Source: Lingula anatina
Taxonomy: Eukaryota > Animalia > Brachiopoda
Assembly: GCA_051362555.1 (NCBI GenBank)
Contig: CM120642.1
Span: forward strand, 26,102,001 to 26,166,000
Direction: 5' to 3'
Length of the DNA stretch: 64,000 bases
The notes below the pieces were generated by a model. That model saw nothing but the letters and a program-made list of their open reading frames with translations. It was not told where the DNA came from and did not search any database. A program made the position numbers and the translations under genes. The stretch's first letter is position 1. Each line of letters starts with the position of its first letter. Positions 37,395-49,859 of this stretch are shown in pieces.

Positions 37395-38540
37395 TTACGC
37401 TCCTTCTAAATAAGATAACCCTGCCATACAGGAAAAACCGACTAGAATACAAAATATTTTAGTGACACTGTGCCCATGCCTCAGTTCTTTCTGTAATATT
37501 TCCAAAAACGTGACGTAAAGAAATGTTCCTGTTGCTAGACCTTGTAGTATTGAGCTAACCAGCGCTGTCGTCATCACATCCTGTGATTTGGTTTCTGAAA
37601 CAAACGTTCCTATGGCAACGCCGATTGGACTAATAAGAGAAAACATTGCCACAGATACCATCGCAAGCTTTACTGTCTGCGTTTGAAAAAGTTGTAATCC
37701 TGTCGTAAAAACAATGACGCTCTTGTGTACACTTATTGCAATAAATAAAGTCCACAGAGCCAGTTTACTTTTCGTTAATCCAAGGGCCAGCCCTCCAAAT
37801 ATGCTGTGGAAGGAAACGGCTACTAAGAGTAATATAGAGCGAAGTTTTTGTTGGGAATCGAGTTGACTCACAGATATCGAGTTAGCAATAGGGTGGTGCT
37901 CTTCGGCTTGACTAGCAGGCGTCTCTGCGTCACGAAATTCAATTTGACAATGTTCCAAGTTTTTTCTATCCCCCTCAGCGTCAGAATCAGTTGTTTTATT
38001 TGAAGAAAATGACGTTTCTAGACTGTTTAAGTCATCCACCCTATTAAAGACAAAAGTCTCGCAACTCTTTGATCTCTGCATATGTTTTTTATATCCACTA
38101 GAGTTCTCTGTTTGTATTTTATTATCGTTAAAACTACGTTGAAGAGGCAGTCTATCCTCTAAAGATCTCATGTTTGTCAATAAGTCATACCCTTGCCTTC
38201 TGTACTTTATCTTCATGACGATAGTATCTAACAATATCACAAGAAAGAAACCACATCCAATAACAAATTCAGCAACGGGAAAATCGGTGTTTATGTTCTT
38301 GGTTTTCAACACGTATTCCATTGCTTCGTGTACTTCGGGTTGTAAGTGCAATAGAGTCGTACCCAGGAAAACTCCGCCCGCGAAACAGGACAGTCGTGAC
38401 AGCCACTTCCTTGTTTTACCCCCAACACTGTCCTTCGGGTCTGCGAGGTAAAGCAACAGGCCCAGGGGCAGGAAACCGAACACAGCAGTCAGAAGAAGAA
38501 GCAGAAATAACAACAGAATCTTCAACGTTGTCAGGTCCAT
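37395..38540 (-). CDS. ZIP (SLC39) zinc/iron transporter, ZIP1/2/3 subfamily II, single coding exon
   Basis: 381-aa ORF with 8 TM segments; SCFAGGVFLGTTLLHL, FPVAEFVIGCGFFLV, HSIFGGLALG, HKSV, SPIGVAIG and LQGLATGTFLYVTFLEIL motifs. Confidence 0.93.
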   Translation of the reverse strand: MDLTTLKILLLFLLLLLTAVFGFLPLGLLLYLADPKDSVGGKTRKWLSRLSCFAGGVFLGTTLLHLQPEVHEAMEYVLKTKNINTDFPVAEFVIGCGFFLVILLDTIVMKIKYRRQGYDLLTNMRSLEDRLPLQRSFNDNKIQTENSSGYKKHMQRSKSCETFVFNRVDDLNSLETSFSSNKTTDSDAEGDRKNLEHCQIEFRDAETPASQAEEHHPIANSISVSQLDSQQKLRSILLLVAVSFHSIFGGLALGLTKSKLALWTLFIAISVHKSVIVFTTGLQLFQTQTVKLAMVSVAMFSLISPIGVAIGTFVSETKSQDVMTTALVSSILQGLATGTFLYVTFLEILQKELRHGHSVTKIFCILVGFSCMAGLSYLEGA

Positions 38541-39949
38541 TCTGCTGGGTTCGAAAAAGACCTTGTGCTGCGCAGCTAAGTCGGTAATACGTTGGTCGGT
38601 CGATCTGGAGATCTATTAATGTAATGATCACGAGTTATGTCCGGCGTACGTGCGGAATTGCGAAAAAACCCCACAGATACCTCAAGCTTGGCCTATATTG
38701 GTACTTACATAGGACAAGGATCAGTTCACTCACAACCCTACGGTGTTTACTGACCGGAACAAATTTGTATGCTTTAAATCTGATAAATTGGGGAAAACGT
38801 TGCGTCGTTGGTGTCAAATTTGTCTCACGTATTGACCGCTTTTGCGTGAATATCGGCACGTAAACAGCACATCGGTGTATACAATATATATTTATCGGAA
38901 ACCAGTGCACTTGTCCCTTTAGATGAATAATAGCATTATGAGGGTCGTGTGTAGATTATAGTCAACCCTGTAAGCATTAGTCCAATGACGTTCGTTCTGT
39001 ATACTTACATATAATAGTATAGCATGAGACTAGTCCAGCTGGTCGTGTACGAGAGATCCCCCGTGATACATTGATTTGTACAGGTAAGCCCCGTCCTAAA
39101 TTTTGACTGGCTTGCGTCACGCTAGCCCGAACCGGTATGGATCCAATGGAGGGCCTCTCATGAACAAGGTCTCTCGGTTTCTATACAACGGGTCTCACTC
39201 TGATTTCAATAACTGAATTACCACTGCCAGATGTCTCATTCATGGAACAATCATCAGCCTGGATTTATCGGTTAACCAGCGGTTAACCATCCTGTCTGCG
39301 TTAAGTGCTCGTTCTCTGTCTTAAACTTGAAAGCAATTTCCTAATGGGAGATGTCGATGTTAATACACCCTGACGTTCAGATGCCCGGTGATGATTTTAT
39401 CTCTCTAGCAGAAACATTGATTGCATTATATTGAATGAATAATAAATATACATGTGTATGTATAAGAAAATGAGTCAGTGCTTGAGAACGATTCTTGGAG
39501 TACTTGTCACGCCGAATCTCACACAACATAAGCAGAACTCGGTCTCATTAGCTTAACGACAACGCTACACTGAATCGTTCTGACGCTCAAATTTCCTATC
39601 GTGTAACCAAGGTGCGAGTTCCGCGCGTGGTTAATAAGACAGGTGGGTTCAGATAAATTAAGCTATTTAGTTCTACGCACGTTGGCGTTACGGCAATCTT
39701 CTTTAGCGTCTTATCTTAAACACGATAGTGGGAGAAATTATGGTGATGGATTCTCTCCAAGGATTCTGAATATTGTCATAGGGTTTTCCGTTTCGTATCT
39801 TCAGATCCAAGGTAAGCTAAAAACGAACTCCTCTTATGCCCAGAAGACAAGTTGAGTTGACCTCTTCACGCTTTACTGACTTAGGCCTACTCACTGAACG
39901 GTGGCAGTATCTCATAATGAAGGTGCGCGTCTCACCCAGCCTGGTTCAG

Positions 39950-40118
39950 GTGTAACGAAACTGAGGGTTCGTGTAACAGAAAGTCCGCCCTCCATATAGT
40001 TATAATGGTTAGGGTCAGCCTGACCTACGTGCGTCAAAATCTAAGGCTAGGCTAACCTGTACAAATGAATGGGAAGCGGACTCTCTGTCATGGGTGACTC
40101 TCTGTCACGTTACACTGG
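39950..40118. mobile_element. Small degenerate MITE-like element
   Basis: Outer IR gtgtaacg / cgttacac; inner IR acagaaagtccgc (39976-39988) / gcggactctctgt (40076-40088); ggttaggg-like core. Confidence 0.45.
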
Positions 40119-41449
40119 CATCTTACCCCTTGTATCTCAGATTAGTTATCAGATAAGCACATTTGGCTCATCCTAGTGTTTTAAAATAAACGGTGTACTT
40201 ATTTATGTGGAGGGTCAGGATTATCTTGACAGACGACATTTATATACATGGCAGTCACGCCCTGTTTACCAACAGTTTAAAAATGATTATTCAAACGGGG
40301 CTATAAATCAAACTGACTCCCGTATGAACACTAATGTTATCCGTTAGCCAAATGGCCAAATCGATAACTTTCTTCTGGAATTACGTTACATTTACTACGT
40401 TTGTTTGACGTATAACTCGGCCTGATAACTCAGCAGGCATATGACGTCGTTTTACAGCTGAATGGACGGTGTGACGTCAAAATGGCGCCGAATGCTTGGA
40501 CAGAATGAAAATTAAGAATCCAAGCTTCGAAAGGTCTTTTAGGGGATGACGAGCAGGTGAAATACGATTAAAGAATGACCTTGAATTCCTCGACAGTTGT
40601 CTGGAAGTGAAAGACGCTCGCTATATTGACTTTTAAACTAAAATAAATTAGAAATAGTTTATAACTACAATTATTTCCACTGTTGGACGGTTCAGTGCAT
40701 TTATTGCATTTAAACTACGTGTGAAAATTCTAAATGTCTAAAGGTAAGAAGAAATTTCGTAGTAAAATGCTGCTTGGAATGGGACGTTGGTGCAGGAGGA
40801 TATGTGAAAAGGAAATCGGAAATCTTTGATGTTCACGTTGTCGTTAAAAATTATTATCCTTTAAAACTTACATTTTTTTTCAACTGATACTGATTACATG
40901 TTTGAAGCAAGATATGTTCAATTCGGATATAATTTTTATCGCCTAAATTTTGAAGCAAGCATTTCCCTTCCTTTCTATATATAGATATTGGGACATAACT
41001 GCATGCATTGATTTACTTATCCTAAGATCTAATATAAGTTTGACAAAAACATTTGAAAAAAATATCATAACATAAATAAATAGAAAAACATGAAGTTTGC
41101 AATATATATCAAAGCAAATAAAAAGATGATGCATTTCACACAGCGCATACCAGTTGCCGGCACGATAGGCGAATATTTGTTCAAAAATAAGTGAGATTCG
41201 TAACTGAAATGATTTTTATGTCATGTTAGAAAATCTAAATCCATGAGTTCCGTAATCATACATAATACATTACATTATCATACATGGAAGTCTACATTGG
41301 TTTAAGATGGTAATGTATTTTGATAGGGCCGACTAAAAATGTAGTCTAAAATGCCAACGAAGTTTAGAAAGAAAATTAAACATTGTGAATGAAGATGAAC
41401 GCGGGAATAATTAATGCCAATAATTTACCCCTATTTCATTGTAAGTGAT

Positions 41450-43635
41450 TCACTCCGTTTCCTTTTCGTAAACTTGTGAAATTACACCATTTTCCGTTCT
41501 GTCAAGGTCGCACTTCTTCTCAACATTTGTTTCCAGTTTGATATCACCCTGTTCTTTCTTTTCATTCTCGTTTTCTTTTGAATCCTTGGCTTTGTCCTGA
41601 TTCTTCTTACAACATCGCAAATAGATGGTTCGGATTATTAAGATGATAACAAGCGGGGGAGGGACAACCAGACTCATCGCTATGGCCATGACTGTCGCCA
41701 AGTCAGCATCAGGCTGCGGTAGTGAAAATCCGAGCAGCACTATCGCAATGCCCGTGTTTTGGATTGCTGTTTCACACATAATTGTCTTGACGCGGTACCA
41801 GGGCAAACAGGCGCCAAATGACGCTGCACAGCTCAAAACAAAACCGGTGAAAGGGACCAAAGCTCCTCCAACCAAATATCGCCAATCTTTGGCGAACAGG
41901 ACGAACACATATAAGTTGTTGTATATTCCCAAAAAAATCACAACCAGAACTGTAATGGCGGCTATAGGGCGCACGGCCTTTGTTAAAACCCCTGCGACCT
42001 TGGGAGCGTACTTTTTGACGAGAATACCTATGAAGCCGGGTATAAGTAGGGAGACGATGGCGACGAGAATGTTGCCGTAAGGAATTGTGACTGTGCTAGT
42101 GAACATCATTCCCAGCGTGAACAGCCACAGAGGCATCATACCTGTGAATGGAAAAGGAGATAATAGTCAAAATTTTCGTGAATTTTGTAACCCTTTAGAT
42201 ATCAAAGTATATTTAATTTTAGTAGTTCAAATTAAAATTTGAAAATGATTTAGACTGAAAAGTTTCTGGAACAAATACAATTGATAATTTAATTAAAATG
42301 ACATGTCAATTGCGTTAATTTTGCTAATTTTAGTTTGCGTCCCATTTTTTTTTTCTATAAAGCTTTAGGGCCTTTTTCGCCTTCAAAAGTCAAATGCTAA
42401 TTTTATTTTTTATATGTAAAAGATGATTCTGTAAAGAAGTTGATATGTTTTTCACTTTCAAATTCAGATGTTCTGTGATTAATACGTATGCTAATACTGT
42501 TTTTTAGAAATAATCCTAGAATTTGACTTGTGAATTTTTTAAAATAATCGGGCAGACTTCACTGCTGTCAAGCTATTGTTAACCGAAAAAAAAAATAAAT
42601 AAAATAAAACAGCAGCATGGCTTAAATCTCGTGTAGAAGAAATTTTTGCTTCTCTCAAATTAAAGCAGTATTTGATTCTGCAGGAACAATAACTTTCGAA
42701 TCTTACAACACGCGGTCACTCACCTGTGGAGGCAGTGGTACTTATGAAGGTCATACACATGCTCAGGTTGACGTCACCGTCCAGTAACAGTGACCATATG
42801 TTGCTGGACCCTCCTCCCGGACAGCAGCCACCGACAAACAGACCAAGTGCCAGAGCATCAGGCAGGTTCAGAATTTGGGTGAACGCAAAAGCAATCTGAA
42901 ATAGAAAATGTATGATTTTATTTTATTTTTGGAATAGCAATGTAGTTTTTTTGAGTTTGGGCAACTGTATATCCCAAAAATTGGTTTGTTTCAACATGGA
43001 CATAATTTGTTATTATGAAAAAAAAAAGGATTTCCCATGTACGTTTAACTGTAGTATGGATAACTTACCAAAGGCATGCCAATGTACTGACAGGCAAATC
43101 CGACAATCGGAGCAATCGGCTTCTTAAATATTTCTTTGACTACTTCCAAATCTAGCATTAAGCCAAATCCGAAAATGTTAATCCCAATTACAACGGACAG
43201 TACAATAAGGAAAACTGTATACAGTGAGTTTGGTTCCCGAAGCACTTCTATTATGAAGTTGGTAGGGAGTTCTAAAGATTCCCCGTCATTTTCAAAAACG
43301 GACTGGTTTTCATACAGGGTGGTTAGAATCGATGTTCTGCCGAGGAATATTCCCTTTACTGTAAAACTCAGGTTTTTCTGACCCTGAGTGCTCCATGTTT
43401 CAACCAGCGTGCTTGTGTTGCCTTTAAGTGCTGCAATTGTGACGTCCTTAGATTGAAATCGGATAAAAACGACTTTCTGACGGTCACTTTCAATTGTGAC
43501 GTGAATCGTTGCCTCCTTATTTTCATACACCTGTAGAACGCCGGGTTCAGGAAAAGTAACGTTGATCTCACTCAGCAGACTGCATTCAGCGAAGTTTATC
43601 AGTACAACCAGGAGCGACATCAACTTGAGCACCAT
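41450..43635 (-). CDS. SLC10 sodium/bile-acid symporter family member (SLC10A3/A5-like, with signal peptide and N-terminal ectodomain), copy 1
   Basis: Exons 43635-43069, 42895-42724, 42141-41450 splice in phase (476 aa). Motifs KPIAPIVGFACQY, GCCPGGGSSNIWSLLLDGDVNLSMCMTFIST, MMPLWLFTLG, IPYGNI and ETAIQNTGIA. Confidence 0.92.
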
Positions 43636-44884
43636 TTTGTTGTGTTGACGGTCCCGCAGAAAACCTTTATGTCAAAGCCTCACTCAGTGTCAATACTCTA
43701 TTAACACGGTTTTCATTGGTACAGTTAAAGGAAAGCACGTCCTATTTACTGACCCCTTGTCGACCGTCTGTGACGGAGTCACGCAGGGAATGAATTATAT
43801 TAACATCTACCTTTACTATTACCTATTGAATCATCTCCGCGGGTCAACTTGTCACGGCGAGTTATAAGTGGATGAGTGAGGATGCCCTGCATGCGGAAAA
43901 TGAAATTTATAACAGAAGCGCTCTAAAAAAACGGAATCATCGATTGAATCGTATTTATATGCAAAAGGCGTATATAGTCACAACGGGCAATACAGGCAAA
44001 ACAGGGGATTATCACATTATGTATATAACCTGACATTACCTCCAGAGAGGACTGCTGTCCCACCTCATTAGCAGACTGTGGGAAAACACTGTCGTTTTTC
44101 AGGTGTATCTTAGCCTGTTAGCCTGTCAGCTCCCAGGCGTCAATTTTCAAAAAATCCTTTAATACATATTTCAACGAGCTGTTTTCAAGCGGGAGGGTAA
44201 ATGTGTGCTTCATATCTAAACATGAACACGTGAAGTCAACAATTCAGTTCTACTCCTGCGTGAGATTACGGTTCATTTTTTAAAGGAGGAAACCCTTGTT
44301 ATTGTAAGAGCTGAAATTGAAAGTAATGTATGCGTTCAAACAAAGTTCTACAAACTTGTCACCAATGACAGCTTTACAGAGACATTTTGTGTATAATTTG
44401 CTTCGTTTCCATCTGCTTGAGAATTCGAACAAATAACACGGTAGTAGCTAATATTTGCATTTGGGAATTAAAGTAGTCTTTTAACTTGTGTAAATTTATA
44501 AGCATGTGACAAGAATTGTCAATCGTTGCAGAAACTGTGCTTCTCCGAATAAGTCTTATATATTTTTCACAGTTAAGCCAAGGATAAGAAAAAGAAGGGG
44601 GGGGGGGGGGGCTGGATGGGCAAATAATCCCCCCAAATCGTAATAATAATTCCAATTCCTTAATGGGACAGGCCTCCTTCTCATACTGGTATGTACAGAA
44701 TCTTGCATATCCCTGCTTCAAGATCTGAAAAGTTATTGCCTGTAAGCTGCAAAGTTTCTTATTCTAATATATATATATACACACATAGTTTTACGCGGTT
44801 TTAAAAGTAAATGGGCTTAAAGAACACTCCAACTGCCGTACAGCAGATGCGGCCCCCGTGTTAGCAAAATAAATACCCAAAGAT

Positions 44885-45282
44885 GTGAAAAGGTGGACTG
44901 GCCGGAACAATCCCCATACGCAAACCCCTCAGGAATCCTGTGGGAGGAAACCGTTACCCAAAACCAGAAATGCAAAAATGCCGAAATTCAAAGCGTCTTC
45001 AGAGCTTGGGCCAACTATAACCAGAAAATTACTACACCTTCGTATGTCTGTGCCCAGAAAAACGGTGACCATTTTACGTCATGTGGCTATCCGACAAGAT
45101 ATTACTACTGACATAGTAACATAATTTATAAAGGGTAAAGCAGTGGTCTGTAAACCTGTTGTAAAGTTATTTACTATACACGACACGATTTCAACAAATT
45201 ACAAAATGATAAACCCAACAAATTCAACTGTCGTTAATTTGAAAACAACATGAGGTAATACTCTTTTCCACCTCCTTGTATA
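44885..45282 (+). mobile_element. Decayed Tc1-type transposase C-terminal relic
   Basis: DWPEQSPYANPSGILWEE resembles WPxQSPDLNPIENLW; frameshifted MSVPRK resembles SMPRR; GYPTRY resembles the GxxTKY end of Tc1 transposases; possible terminus ...ttgta|ta at ~45280. Confidence 0.65.
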
Positions 45283-46202
45283 TAACAATATCATGCACAG
45301 TAAAAAAAGTAATAAATTATATAAACCTTTTAAAGGTTCAAATGGTCATTTAACGTACAAAGTTAATTGTTGTATTAATCATATTAATATTTTAATATTA
45401 AAATCATACAAATGGGTGGAGCTGGGCTAGGATTTAAATGTACTTGAATAGAACTTCACAGACACGGCTGATGTCAAAGATCAAGTATACAGGTGAAACC
45501 TGCCTGTTGGGCGGGGCTTTATCTAAGTTTGTCGAAAATGATCATCGATAGGTGGCTTTTATGGCGGATAAGAAACAGACCTGCAATCTGCTAGGGCAAT
45601 GTCAAAAAACCGTTGTCTCGTGTTTTTATAGATAAAACAGCGAGGGCTCTTGATTGACACACAGAAATAATTTATTCTTCTTTTTATTGTCATATACTTA
45701 AACCAGGACATCATTTATATCGGCTACTGCAATCTCAAATACAATAAATACACGACGCTTAAGTAAACACTAATGAACGACCTCAATTCAGTGCCATGCC
45801 CTGTCCTTTTCTTTAGAGGTCAATAACTGTGACTTTCCGCTACGGAGCCAGAGTTTTATCAGGGTTTATCATGCAGAAAATAACTTAACAAGGACGGTCT
45901 AACAAGGACAATTGTACTTTATAATATGCAGGGCACACGAACGGAAAAGATATTTGATTTTGTCTCGTTTTGCTCTTATCCATTTTAAAGAGAGGGCATT
46001 CCTCAAAACTTAGTGCGGGTACGTGACTTTCACACAAAAATAGTAGATATAGGAAATAATAAGGTATTAACCATCAATATAAATATCCATCAATAGCAAG
46101 AAAATATTCAACATTTTGATTTTTGATACAAAGGATATCATGGATAAGTCTAATTTATGTCCGCTTTTATGTATATCAATCTTAATACTGTTTCTAGAAT
46201 TT

Positions 46203-49201
46203 TCACAAAGAGGTCAACGGCACTTGACTTAATCTCTTTGGAAATTTTTTAGGGGTATCATCAACTTCTGATTTCATTTCTATATCGTCATTTTTATCAT
46301 TATTTTCTTTTTCCTCCTCGTCATCTTCGTCCTCATCTTTTGGCTTCCCACAACAGCATCCGACAACCTTTTTAACGATGTAGATAAAGAGCAGCGGCAG
46401 AGGAGTGAACATCGTCGCAGTAACCGGCATCACAGACGACAAATCGGCGTCCGGCTGAGGCAGAGAAAACCGGAGAAGCACAATCGCAATCCCCGTATTC
46501 TGAATCGCAGTTTCGAACATGATTGTCTTGACGCGATACCATGGTAGACAACAAGCAAATGCAGCGATACAACCTATTACATATCCAACCGCTGGAAGAA
46601 GGACGCCTCCTATGATCACTCTCCAATCCTTTGCCATTAAAAGGAACATGTATACATTGGTGTATACCCCGGCTGTGATGATGAAAAGGACTAAAATTAA
46701 AGACATTGGGGCGACGCATTTCCGTATAACTTTGGCGACTTTTGGTAAAAACCGCCCGATGAGTACGCCTATGATTCCGGGTACTACCAGTGAGATGAGC
46801 GAGGTGATGATGTTCACGTAAGGCACAGTAACGTCAGTGGCGAACACTTGGCCAAGTGTGAACAGCCAGAGGGGCATCAGTCCTAGAGATTATAAAAAAA
46901 ATCATATACATCAAAGACAACTTTTTTTTACAACGATTCACCACAGGGTAACATAATAGGCTAGTTTATTATAATAACAGGTCATCGGATAATAGGGCCT
47001 ATGTATAAAATATGCTCTAGCTCAAAGGTTATCCACAATAGCCTATAAGGCCTGACTTTAGATGGTAAAGGAAGAATATCATATATTTTTGGATTTAAAG
47101 TGATTTATTTTTAATTGCAAAATAATCTGTCATTATATACAGTTGAAACAAATAAAATAAATAAGACGTTTAGTGCATAAAACCCTGAGTCCAACAAAGC
47201 AAAATAAGTGAAACAGGGACAGAGGTGACCAAGTCTTCCCCGATTTACATTTAGTCAATATGAGAGGGGAGAAAGGCAGGTTAGGAAGCTATTCTGGAGA
47301 ACTAAGACATACTTATTTTAAGTGACGCACCTTTAATTCTTCCATAGGTTTTTGAAGCTTATAAAACATCCGGCTTAGACAAAATACATGTACACATTTT
47401 TAAAATCTATACTGGTAGTTGTCTGGATTTAGAATATGTGTCTACAGTGTAGATGTTCAGGCCTATTACTATCACTGTACTTTGACTGTGACTGATTTCC
47501 CTTCTTGTTAGGTCGTCGCTCTGGTGAATCATCAGATACTGCGGGAAGAGGGCCTTAGCAATAGTCCGAAGGTTCATCAGTCCGAATGTTCACTATTGAA
47601 CCTTCGGACATATGAACCCTTGATTAAAAAAACGATGAAAAATGTTACCATTTTTCGGACCAATGAACCTTCGGACTATCGAGACGCCCCCGTGGGAAGG
47701 ACACATCGTCGTCATACATGTAGTCATAGAAATCATATAATGACATATCTTGAAAGTCCAGCAGACACATAGATTTTTTAAAAGGTGTACTTCTATTTGA
47801 AACCTACCTAATGCAGCGACGTTACTGATAAAAGTCATGGTTAGACTCAAGCTGACGTCACCGTCCAGTAACAGTGACCAGATATTGCTAGCGCCTCCTC
47901 CTGGACTGCAGCCTATGGCAAACAACCCGAGGGCCAACTCGTTTGGAAGTTTCAGGATCTTCGCTATGGAAAATGATATCTGTTGTTTTAAAAAGAATTG
48001 TTTGAATATGATTATTACCTAGAAAAGGTGTGAGTGATTTCGAAATATGCGATATTAAGAGTTCAATAAAGGCATTTAAATATATCATACACGCACACAA
48101 GAACCGAATTTTTAAGTTGCACATATTAACAGAAGTCAATAAAACATTTTCTTGTGCAAACACTCATGATTGGAATTCGAGATCTAGTTCACAAGGCTGT
48201 CCTGTTATCTGTGCTGGGAACAATTGTAGCCGAAATAAGTTGACGTTCGTCATGCTAATCATTCTGCAGGGTAGGCCTACTAGCATAAAACTTCCCAGTC
48301 GACCTTAATACAAAGGTTACGCACAAGAATTTTTCATTGCAAGCCTGTGGGCATGAAAAATGATATTTAATAACTTTTTTGCTCGTTGAATACTATCTAT
48401 CTATATCAAGACTAGTTTGTCCTCAAATGAGGTTATGTGTGCTTATTTCGACGATAAAATTATTTGTTCAATGTAATTTGTTAGATTGTTGGCAAGTTTA
48501 TGTAAATAAGGTATTCAACACGCAAAAAGATAATTAAAAATAAAAAGTGCATTTCTCTGGGCAATTTCAATTTTTATTCATTCATTTATGTTATGCCAAA
48601 TTCAACTTACCATGGGCATTCCCGCGTACTGACATATTAAGCCTACCACCGGAGCGACCGGCTTTTTAAGAATATCTTTAACAACATCTAGGTCCAACTT
48701 GCAACCAAATCCGATAGTGTTGATAGACACAGACACGGCAACAACAATAGTAAATATTGTATCCAGAGCCTTTGGGTTACGAAGAACATTGACCTTGTAG
48801 CGGGACGGGAATACCGTACGATTGTTATTGGCCTTAAATGCGTCGGCAGTGTTGAAGAGGAGAACGCTTAGGGTTGTTTTACCAACAAATTTCCCTCTGA
48901 CGGTGAAAGTGACATTTTTGGTATACGTGGTCTTTGCAGTAGTGTCCCAAGTATCGTATAAAAAGTTTGTATCGTTTGTTACAGAGACAACGGCCCCGTC
49001 TTCCGGAGAGAGTTGAATATAAATATTCTGCTGGATATCACTGTGCATAGTTGCGACTATCGTCATCTCCGCCTCCTCAAACAGCATTTCTAGTGAGCCA
49101 GGAGTAAAAGTGACGTTAACGTGTTTGATCATGTCAGTTCCACAAGCGACGCCTACAAAAAGTAACCCAGCAAGATGTAACGCACTTAATATTCCTCGCA
49201 T
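46203..49201 (-). CDS. SLC10 sodium/bile-acid symporter family member (SLC10A3/A5-like), copy 2
   Basis: Exons 49201-48611, 47979-47808, 46882-46203 splice in phase (480 aa); same intron positions and 172-bp exon 2 as copy 1. Motifs GCSPGGGASNIWSLLLDGDVSLSLTMTF and ETAIQNTGIA. Confidence 0.92.
47548..47691. mobile_element. MITE-like inverted-repeat element in SLC10 copy 2 intron
   Basis: 17-bp perfect IR atagtccgaaggttcat (47561-47577) / atgaaccttcggactat (47663-47679), with additional internal gtccgaa/ttcggac subrepeats. Confidence 0.6.
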
Positions 49202-49859
49202 CTTGGCTAATGGCAAACCTATATTTTGCGTTAAATACGGAGGTCTATCCTCTCGGCAGAGTGGCACAGTAATCACAGTAGGAAAACAAAGCACCTTGGC
49301 TGCTGATACTGCCTAGTTAATATTTATATATATCTAGGCAGATAGCAATTCACTTAGTTCCATTTGTATCCAGTTTAACATGCATGTACGTAATATTATT
49401 AAGGACAATCTTCCGGTACCATGTCGTCTGCATCCAGGAACTACTTCAGTTCTAAGATCTAATAAAGATCTTAGTTCAGTTCAAGTCAGTCTTTATAAAA
49501 TTAAATACGAGGACCCTGATGAAGAACGTCTCACGGCTACAAAAACAGGGTTTACCTGTATCTTACTTGCATGCGTGGAATCATTAATAAAACTGTATAA
49601 TGAATCACGCTTTACTTCAACGATGACATAACACAATAGTGAGCAAACATTGCCTATACGTTGCACAGTACTAAGATATCGTTAGATATAGAGTCAAAAT
49701 ATGGGCGTATATATTAATAAGGTTAAAAATTAACTGGAAATGTTTACAAAGACAGTCTTAGAGAAACGATAATCTGTATTGACCTTTTAATGTTAACCGT
49801 GCGGCATTCTGCCATATTAAAAAGACCACACTAAAGGGGGTTGAAATGGAAGACACGGG

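Noticed and set aside
38170-49316. Antisense ORFs over the ZIP and SLC10 exons (e.g. 41625-42080, 46519-46821)
   Set aside because: Shadow ORFs of codon-biased hydrophobic coding sequence.
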